DNA of 32,000 nucleotides. It comes from Thermococcus kodakarensis KOD1 (GTDB taxonomy: Archaea; Methanobacteriota_B; Thermococci; Thermococcales; Thermococcaceae). The stretch spans positions 1,920,001 to 1,952,000 of the forward strand of contig NC_006624.1 of NCBI RefSeq assembly GCF_000009965.1, given 5' to 3'. Numbering within the stretch: position 1 is the stretch's first letter; every line of letters begins with the position of its first letter. The notes below the pieces were generated by a model, which was not told the origin of the DNA, ran no database searches, and worked only from the letters and a program-made list of their open reading frames with translations. A program made the translations under genes and the position numbers. Positions 25,868-32,000 of the stretch are shown here, in pieces.

Positions 25868-26665
25868 TGCGTTTTTAATGAGCTGGCTTTTGAGCGGGTT
25901 TGCTTATCTAGTTGCTAGATTTACAGGATTTCCTCGCAGTATAGCGCTCAAAGAGCGCTAAAAAGAAAGTTCGAAATCACATTAACGGGAGATTTTAGAG
26001 TTAAACCCGCGCGAACTTGCTTTCTGAGCGAGCATACGCTCATCAACGGGCAAGTTCAGGAAGAAAGGGCACTTTTTGGTCAAGCTTTTTCTAAAAGCTT
26101 GCTGGCGAAAAGTTTCATCAAAGGTGGAATGTCCTTTTAAGCGTCCTGTTTTTAGTGATTCTTCTCATCAATTAGCAGTTTTCAAGGGGTTTGCTCACAG
26201 TATAACGCCCTTCGGGCGTTAAAAAGAAAGGAAAACCACACTTCTCTGCCCGTCTATCAAGAGAATCTAACCGCATCAGGCCAACATCAAGAAGACATTC
26301 AAACTTTTGGTGAAGCTTTTCCTAAAAGCTTCCATCGCGAAGTTTGATCAGGGTTTGTGGTTCCTTCTGAAATTGCCTTTCTACGAGGATTTTCAAGATA
26401 CACAAGTTAGCATTAGTGAATTCCCCTAAGTTTCAGCTTATCAAGAAGGAGTTTCTCTCTTTGACGCCCTACGGGCGTCGATTAAAAGTAAACTCACTCC
26501 GAAAGCTCTCACTAAAATTGAATTCACACTTAAACAAGAGCCCTTAATGAAAAATCCCTTTCAAAACCGTTTACAAACAAGAACCACAAACTTTGATGAA
26601 ACTTTGCCTTGCAAAGTTTCTTTGGTCAAGCTTTTCCTAAAAGCTCCCTGAAAAGTACTTAAGCC
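25868..26665. repeat. three degenerate tandem units (hairpin-A period about 260 bp; roughly 230-320 bp by other landmarks), each with two conserved hairpins; ORF-free
   Basis: Hairpin A lies at 25942..25960, 26203..26221 and 26463..26479. Hairpin B lies at 26081..26101, 26312..26332 and 26629..26645. Shared flanks are gtttttaRtga, gggtttgct, cagtata and aaaaagaaag. An extra 10-bp hairpin lies at 26598..26620. Confidence 0.7.
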
Positions 26666-26692
26666 TTAACTCAAATTCTTCTTGGTGATCGT

Positions 26693-27811
26693 ATGGATGA
26701 GTTTGAACTATTAAAACGTCTCGTCTCAATAAAGTCCCCCTTTGGAGAGGAGCACGAGATTTCGGAGTTCATAGCTTCACTCCTCGAAGAGAACGGCATA
26801 CCTGTGGAGACAGTTCCCGTTGAAGGCTTTGGCGATGATGTGGTCGCTTACCTCAAAGGTAAAGGCCCGACAGTTGTTTTAAACGGGCACATGGACACGG
26901 TGCACCTATCTCAGGGATGGACAAAGAACCCATGGGGCGAGCTTGATGGGGATAGGTTCTACGGACTCGGGAGTGCCGACATGAAAGGTGGGCTGGCAGC
27001 GCTCCTAAGTGCCTTCCTTGAGCTTTCGGAGCTTCCAAAAAATGAGAGGCCCAACGTCATCTTCACCGCTGTCAGTGATGAGGAGGGCTTTTCGAGGGGG
27101 AGTTGGGAGCTTATAAAGAGCGGCAGGCTCGACAAAGCCGACCTCGTTCTCGTTGGGGAACCAACGAACGAGAAACTCATGCTCGGTGCCAGGGGCAGGT
27201 TCGTGATTGAGGTAGGGGCAAAGGGAAAGAAGGCCCACGCGGCGAGACCTTACCTCGGTATCAATGCCATTGAAGAGCTTGCCAAGCTCGTCTCCAACCT
27301 CAACAGGATACGGATGAAGAAACACCCGAAGCTCGGAAAAGGCTCGTACTGCACCCTCTACTTCTCTGGCTCGGCCGATGGATTGAGCGTGCCAGACGAG
27401 GCAATTGCGATAATTGACAGGCACGTGGTCGTTGGTGAGGACTGGGAGAAGGTTAGAGGAGAACTCTACAGGCTCGCAGAAAGAGTTGGTGTAAGGGCCG
27501 AGCTTGAGATAGAAAAATACAGGCGCCCAACTCCTGAGATGCTCCCCTACGTTGTGAAGGAGAACAACAGGTTCGTCAGGCGGTTTAAGGAAGCGTACAG
27601 GGAAGTTGAAAGAAAAAGCGTCGAGATTACCTACGGGGCAAGCGTTGGGGACTTCAACTACTTCGGAACTTACCTGAGCAAACCGACGCTCGTCTTCGGC
27701 CCAATAGGCGGTAACTGGCACTCCGCCGACGAGTGGGTCAGTGTCTCTTCCGTCAGGAGGGTCAAGGGAATCTATCTGCGCTTCCTAAGGGCTTTGGCTG
27801 GCCTCAGATAA
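26693..27811 (+). CDS. M20 family metallopeptidase (ArgE/DapE/deacylase-like)
   Basis: VLNGHMDTV and GSADMKGG metal-binding motifs. 372 aa. Confidence 0.8.
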   Translation: MDEFELLKRLVSIKSPFGEEHEISEFIASLLEENGIPVETVPVEGFGDDVVAYLKGKGPTVVLNGHMDTVHLSQGWTKNPWGELDGDRFYGLGSADMKGGLAALLSAFLELSELPKNERPNVIFTAVSDEEGFSRGSWELIKSGRLDKADLVLVGEPTNEKLMLGARGRFVIEVGAKGKKAHAARPYLGINAIEELAKLVSNLNRIRMKKHPKLGKGSYCTLYFSGSADGLSVPDEAIAIIDRHVVVGEDWEKVRGELYRLAERVGVRAELEIEKYRRPTPEMLPYVVKENNRFVRRFKEAYREVERKSVEITYGASVGDFNYFGTYLSKPTLVFGPIGGNWHSADEWVSVSSVRRVKGIYLRFLRALAGLR

Positions 27812-27891
27812 GCCGGTCTCCTCACCGGTCGGGGCAGGGAGTTCTCCTCATCGGCCAAAGCCTTTTAAGTTCTCCCCTTTTAAACTCGACC

Positions 27892-29199
27892 ATGTTCACA
27901 ATAGTCGCAAGAGCTAGAAAGGACGCGAAGGCTCTCCAGTACATAAACGAGCGTAACTATGGCGGCTTTCTCGAAGTTAAAAGCCTCGGCGGTGGGAGGA
28001 GCTTTGAGGAAATAGAGGATGGTCTTAACGAGGTTCTTGGAGAACCCTATATCCCTATATTCCTATTCGGTGAGAAAGAGAAGGCCCTCATGGAGGACAT
28101 CCTTGAGGTTGTGAAGGAGAGCGAAAAGCCGTTCTACGCAAGGCTTTTGAGAACCAAGAAGGTCCGCAACATGCGCGTTGATGAGCTGTACGCCAACCTT
28201 GAGGAGATAAAGGCCCGCTTCAGGCTCGGAATCGAGTGGAAGAACGCTTACTCCCTCAATCCTGAAAATCCATTCGGGGTGGAAGTACACCCCGACTACG
28301 ACATCTATCTGGCCGTTGGCGACGGTTTTAGAAAGGCCATGAAGTCCCTCCTTGACGTTGATCTCGGCGAGAACTCTCTCGTTCTCAGGAAGCTGATGAA
28401 CCAGGAGGTTTACTTCTCGGGTCCGAATAAAGTTGCAGAGGTTAGCAAAAAGCTCGGCTTTCCGACCGAGGTTCTCTGGAGGTGTCCCTGCACGGAGGAC
28501 GTTTCGCTTGAGGACCTGATGGCCGCCAACAGAGACTACATCGAGGCCTTTGCAAACGCGAGCAAAGAGTTTCTGAGGAGATTCAAAGGGTACGATATAG
28601 TTGTCCCCTGGAGCGGTGGAAAGGACTCCACGGCGGCCCTTATACTGGCAAAGGAAGCGTTTGGTGAAGTTAATGCTGTCTACGTCAGGATGGAGTACGA
28701 GATGCCAGAGACGGAGGAATACATCGAGAAGCTCGCAGGAAAGCTGGGCGTCAACCTCATCAGGGTGGACGTCCCGATGCCCATAGAGAAGTTCGGCATG
28801 CCAACCCATAGAAACCGCTGGTGCACCAAGATGAAGGTCGAGGCATTGTACAATGCCGTCAGCGAGTTTGAGAACCCACTTTTAGTCGTCGGTGACCGCG
28901 ATGGAGAGAGTGCCAGGAGGCGCCTAAAGCCACCTGTAGTCGAGAGAAAAACTGACTTTGGCCAAATCCTTGAGGTTATGCCCATAAAGTTCTGGAGCGG
29001 AATGATGGTTCAGCTGTTCATCCTCATGAGGGGCTTTGATCTCCATCCGCTCTACTACGAGGGCTTCTACAGGCTCGGATGTACCGTCTGCCCGAGCCTT
29101 GCAGAATGGGAAGTCGAGCTTTTGAAAAGAAAAGGTGTGAAAGACCTCCCGCTCACCCACGCCTCCTCAGGAGCGGGAGAAGTGCGAGGGCGAGAATGA
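27892..29199 (+). CDS. phosphoadenosine phosphosulfate reductase family protein (PP-loop ATP pyrophosphatase fold) with an N-terminal extra domain
   Basis: PP-loop VVPWSGGKDSTAA; C-terminal Cys pair RLGCTVCP. I chose ATG 27892 because the track start at 27733 lies inside the upstream gene. The 3' end overlaps the convergent protease gene by 47 nt. Confidence 0.7.
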   Translation: MFTIVARARKDAKALQYINERNYGGFLEVKSLGGGRSFEEIEDGLNEVLGEPYIPIFLFGEKEKALMEDILEVVKESEKPFYARLLRTKKVRNMRVDELYANLEEIKARFRLGIEWKNAYSLNPENPFGVEVHPDYDIYLAVGDGFRKAMKSLLDVDLGENSLVLRKLMNQEVYFSGPNKVAEVSKKLGFPTEVLWRCPCTEDVSLEDLMAANRDYIEAFANASKEFLRRFKGYDIVVPWSGGKDSTAALILAKEAFGEVNAVYVRMEYEMPETEEYIEKLAGKLGVNLIRVDVPMPIEKFGMPTHRNRWCTKMKVEALYNAVSEFENPLLVVGDRDGESARRRLKPPVVERKTDFGQILEVMPIKFWSGMMVQLFILMRGFDLHPLYYEGFYRLGCTVCPSLAEWEVELLKRKGVKDLPLTHASSGAGEVRGRE

Positions 29200-31084
29200 A
29201 AGCTGGACCGCAGACCGATTGTATCCCTGAGCTTGTGGTACTTGTTGAGGTTGCGCTCGGCGTGGAAGTGGTTTCCCCGTTTGTGTTTGTATTGGTTGGC
29301 AAAGCTGGTATGGCAGTTTCGTTGCTTGGAACGTTTGGTGTGCTCTCGTTCACCTTTATCAGGAACACGCCCGCGCTTTCCCTTGCGTACTGATAGAATA
29401 TCATAGCGTTGACTAGGTCATCGGTTGTGTTGCCCTTCTCGTAGCTCTCTGCGAACTCGTAGTAGGCTATGGAGAGGAGCGGATGTAGTCCGTTCATCTG
29501 CGCTACCCCTATGGCGGTCTTCGCGGCCTCTTTCATCTCTTGTAGCTTCTCCCTCAGAATGGTCTCGTTGTCTATGCCGAGGGTGTCTAGGAACACCTCC
29601 CCGCGAACCCTCGCTTCCATGGCGGTGAAGATTGCCGCTGAGTACTTTCCGTCCCCGTAGTACTGCTCCGCCTTTTGAATCGTGTCCATTAGATCAGTTC
29701 CTATGACGTTCCCATACATGGACTCAATGTAGGTCACTATGAGGTTCGACTCGTCTATGTAGTTTCTTGCAGTGTCTTTGAGCTCTTCCCTATCTATAAC
29801 ATCACCCGTTGCAAACCTCTCGCCCAGTCCTGCCCAGAAGCGCGCAGTCTGCGCTCTCTCGTAGGCATAGGCGGCTCTGTCAATGGCATTCCAGTAGTCG
29901 GCGCTGTAGTAGTACTTCCACCCCTCTTGTAGGCTTGCCTTGGCGTCCTCTACCCTCTCCTCTGCGGCGGCAACCGCCTGGAGCATCGTCATTCCCCTTA
30001 TTTCCTTGGACGAGACGAGGCTTTCGGTCTGGTTTATGTAAGAGTTCACACTAGTCAGGAGGTTCGCAACGTCCTCCGGGCTCTCAACGCTGATGTACCA
30101 GTCGACGTGCCTCAGGACTATTCTCGCCTGAAAGTTCTTGCTGAGGGCCGTGTAATACATTCCAGAGTCCAAGGCTTCTTTAGCGCCGTCGAGTATGACC
30201 TTAGCCTGGTCCAGGGCCTCTTTGAGGACTGTATATGCCGTGTAGTCAACGTTGCTCTTTTTGAGCTTCTCCCTGACGCTCTCGTAGTAAGCGGTGGTGT
30301 TCTGATAGTCCTTAACGGCATCGTCCTTGAGGAAGGAGGTGTCTATGAAGACGTTGGCTGGTGCCTTCGGCTTCGGGAGCGCGTGGCCGGTGAAGTAATA
30401 GACGGCCTCGTATATGTCGCTTACTTCCTTAACCTCGAGGCCCCAGCGCTCCTTTGCGTATTCGACTACATCAACCTTTTCGCTCTTCGTCTGTACAACC
30501 TGAACTATTCCACCTATGGTTTTCTGCTGGGTCTCTTGGATGACCTGAATCCTCTGGCCTTTGGGGATGAGGAAAAGCTTTGCCCCGACCGAAGCGGCCG
30601 CTGAAGCCTTTTCAAGGATTCCACCGACGGGGCCTATCGTTCCGTCAGGGTTTATCATTCCAGTCATCATCACCTTGGGGTTTACCTCCCACCCCATGAG
30701 AGCTGCGATTATACCCACTGTCATTGTTCCTCCTGCCGATGGCCCGCCTATGATCGGAGTGTCCGTTTTGACCTGTATGAAGACGTCGTACTTGCTCATG
30801 TCCTTGCCAGTCACCTTTCCAGCTATTTGGGCCGCCAGCCTCGCGCTTGCCTGCATGTCAACCTCTGAGAGAGGCCAGGTCTCGACGTAAACGTGCCCGC
30901 TACCAGGAGCGACGGTTATCACGAAGTCCGTTGCGACACCGACGAGCCGTCCATCCGGGGTTTTTGAGACTGCCGGCGCCTTCAGGACAACTGTGGTTCC
31001 CTCTGAGGGACACTGCGCCTTCACTGGGGTTAAGAACGACGCTATGAGGAACACTGCCAGCAGGATTGATAACGCTCGTTTCAT
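29153..31084 (-). CDS. secreted Lon-like (S16) serine protease with a large helical domain, Ser/Thr-rich linker and CGP-CTERM anchor
   Basis: Signal peptide MKRALSILLAVFLIASFLTPVKA; S16 catalytic context IIGGPSAGGTM and GPVGGILEKASAA; linker TNTNTNGETTSTPSATSTSTTSSG; terminal CGPAFILALALLPLLRRRG. ATG 31084 is preceded by GGTGGTGA. Confidence 0.75.
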   Translation of the reverse strand: MKRALSILLAVFLIASFLTPVKAQCPSEGTTVVLKAPAVSKTPDGRLVGVATDFVITVAPGSGHVYVETWPLSEVDMQASARLAAQIAGKVTGKDMSKYDVFIQVKTDTPIIGGPSAGGTMTVGIIAALMGWEVNPKVMMTGMINPDGTIGPVGGILEKASAAASVGAKLFLIPKGQRIQVIQETQQKTIGGIVQVVQTKSEKVDVVEYAKERWGLEVKEVSDIYEAVYYFTGHALPKPKAPANVFIDTSFLKDDAVKDYQNTTAYYESVREKLKKSNVDYTAYTVLKEALDQAKVILDGAKEALDSGMYYTALSKNFQARIVLRHVDWYISVESPEDVANLLTSVNSYINQTESLVSSKEIRGMTMLQAVAAAEERVEDAKASLQEGWKYYYSADYWNAIDRAAYAYERAQTARFWAGLGERFATGDVIDREELKDTARNYIDESNLIVTYIESMYGNVIGTDLMDTIQKAEQYYGDGKYSAAIFTAMEARVRGEVFLDTLGIDNETILREKLQEMKEAAKTAIGVAQMNGLHPLLSIAYYEFAESYEKGNTTDDLVNAMIFYQYARESAGVFLIKVNESTPNVPSNETAIPALPTNTNTNGETTSTPSATSTSTTSSGIQSVCGPAFILALALLPLLRRRG

Positions 31085-31189
31085 AATCACCACCAGAACC
31101 TTGGTAGTTTTTAACCGTATAAGCTCTTCGGTTTTTAGGCTGGCAAAATGATATAAACCCAGCTCCGGACTGCCTCCAGGTGAGACGAG

Positions 31190-32000
31190 ATGGAAGTTGA
31201 GAGACTCATCAGGTCTGCGGAAGAGCTGGCGAGAAAGCACGGTATTGGTTATTATGAAATCAGGATTTCAAGGGTGGTCATGACCGAGGTGTCCATGAGC
31301 AACGGTCAGCTCAGGGGGCTTTCCAGTAACTCCGAGACGGGAATAGGCGCGAGGGCCTTCAACGGAGCGTGGGGATTCTCAAGCGCAAACGACTTTGAAA
31401 GGTTTGAGAAAGCGATAGAAACAGCCATGAAAATAGCCAAGCTCTCCCGGGGAGAGTCAAAGATATACACTGGCGATCCCGTTGTTGATGATGCCGAGAT
31501 GCCCGTGAAAAGGCCCTTCTCCGATATAAACATTGAAGAAAAGGTTGCCCTTGTGAAGGAGACCGATTCCATGCTGACTGGCGAGAGAATAGTGAACAGG
31601 AACGTCTCTTACCGCGATACTGTTGTGGAAACCTTCTATTTCAACTCCCTGGGGAGCGAGATAAGGACGGTTGTTCCCAGGATACGCTTCGGGTTTTCCG
31701 TAACTGCGAAGGAGAACGGGGAGATGCAGCAGTACTGGAAGAGCTTCGGGGGAACGCTGGGCTGGGAGATGGTTGAGGGAATTGACATTTCTCACTGGAC
31801 TTCCCTGGTAGTTGAAAAAGCGAGGGCGCTGTTAAAAGCCAGTTCTCCCCCGTCGGGCGAGTTCCAGGTGATAGCCGACCCGGAGCTTACGGGCCTCTTC
31901 ATCCATGAGGCGCTTGGACACGCAGTCGAGGCAGACCTCGTGAAGAACGGGGACAGCATTTTGGCCGGAAAACTCGGACAGAAGATAGCGGTTGATGGGC
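31190..32000 (+). CDS. TldD/PmbA family metalloprotease, 3' end beyond the window
   Basis: Absent from the ORF track because it is open at the right edge. Hand translation gives MEVERLIRSAEELARKHGIGYYEIRISR...GIGARAFNGAWGFSS...FIHEALGHAVEADLV (HExxxH). AGGTGA SD lies 6 nt before ATG 31190. Confidence 0.75.
   Translation, partial: MEVERLIRSAEELARKHGIGYYEIRISRVVMTEVSMSNGQLRGLSSNSETGIGARAFNGAWGFSSANDFERFEKAIETAMKIAKLSRGESKIYTGDPVVDDAEMPVKRPFSDINIEEKVALVKETDSMLTGERIVNRNVSYRDTVVETFYFNSLGSEIRTVVPRIRFGFSVTAKENGEMQQYWKSFGGTLGWEMVEGIDISHWTSLVVEKARALLKASSPPSGEFQVIADPELTGLFIHEALGHAVEADLVKNGDSILAGKLGQKIAVDG

Noticed and set aside
25878-25961. 27-codon ORF (MSWLLSGFAYLVARFTGFPRSIALKER) in the first repeat unit, ending in hairpin A
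   Set aside because: It has no SD. The equivalent frame in unit 2 has no start codon and is interrupted by TAG. The hairpin substitutions would be radical at the protein level (IALKER versus ITPFGR) but are perfectly compensatory at the RNA level.
26592-26651. Possible free-standing box C/D sRNA (TGATGA at 26593..26598 with CTGA at 26648..26651, and similar minus-strand pairs in units 1 and 2)
   Set aside because: The spacing of about 58-73 nt is plausible. However, I could not find D' or C' boxes at the expected 12-nt guide spacing, and the interior is occupied by hairpin B. The C/D-like words may be chance in AT-rich sequence. This is left as a sub-hypothesis of the repeat finding.
25830-26690. 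CRISPR array or integrated-element att site next to tRNA-Trp
   Set aside because: The repeats are long, diverged and non-uniform, not identical direct repeats of 24-37 nt separated by unique spacers. I saw no integrase gene and no second copy of the tRNA-Trp 3' half in the window, so integration is unsupported. This was a check by eye only.
27005-28809. 238-aa and 248-aa minus-strand ORFs opposite the M20 peptidase and PAPS-reductase-family genes
   Set aside because: They are shadow ORFs. The plus-strand proteins carry diagnostic motifs (HMDTV/ADMKGG and SGGKDS), and the minus-strand translations have none.

Overview
This window looks like a compact euryarchaeal chromosome segment of Thermococcales type. 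Supporting signs are GGAGGTGA/GGTGGT-type Shine-Dalgarno sites, BRE/TATA promoters, oligo-T terminators, tRNAs with encoded CCA, and an intron-containing tRNA-Trp. I could run no searches, so every family call rests on motifs read from the translations and on memory.

Most of the window is ordinary core genome:
- pantoate kinase (partial)
- NhaC-type antiporter
- family-4 UDG
- Tes-like radical SAM (tetraether lipid synthase)
- dCache methyl-accepting chemotaxis protein
- LrgA/LrgB
- Tfx
- tRNA-Gly(CCC)
- SFM1-like SPOUT methyltransferase
- UPF0175/PIN-like toxin-antitoxin pair
- ArcS
- coiled-coil protein
- carbamate kinase
- FAD oxidoreductase
- GAPOR
- FBP aldolase/phosphatase
- tRNA-Trp(CCA) with a box C/D intron
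- M20 peptidase
- PAPS-reductase-family protein
- secreted Lon-like protease with a CGP-CTERM anchor
- TldD/PmbA (partial)

Five anchor enzymes carry locus tags that I recall from the Thermococcus kodakarensis literature: PoK TK2141, Tes TK2145, ArcS TK2156, GAPOR TK2163 and FBPA/P TK2164. The number of genes between them here fits that numbering. This is memory-based and unverified.

The standout is at about 18.76-21.94 kb. A 34-codon, two-cysteine ORF is too short for the ORF track. It has its own BRE/TATA, a perfect SD and an oligo-T stop. It sits directly upstream of a strongly AT-shifted radical SAM/SPASM enzyme that carries an N-terminal extension in the position where peptide maturases carry a peptide-recognition (RRE) domain. 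That enzyme gene is joined by an ATGA overlap to an ABC ATPase and an ABC-2 permease. This is the architecture of a sactipeptide/ranthipeptide-like RiPP cassette (precursor, maturase, exporter/immunity), which I do not know to be described in Thermococcales.

A second unexplained feature is an ORF-free stretch of about 0.86 kb downstream of tRNA-Trp. It is built from three degenerate tandem units whose two hairpins are kept by compensatory base changes.
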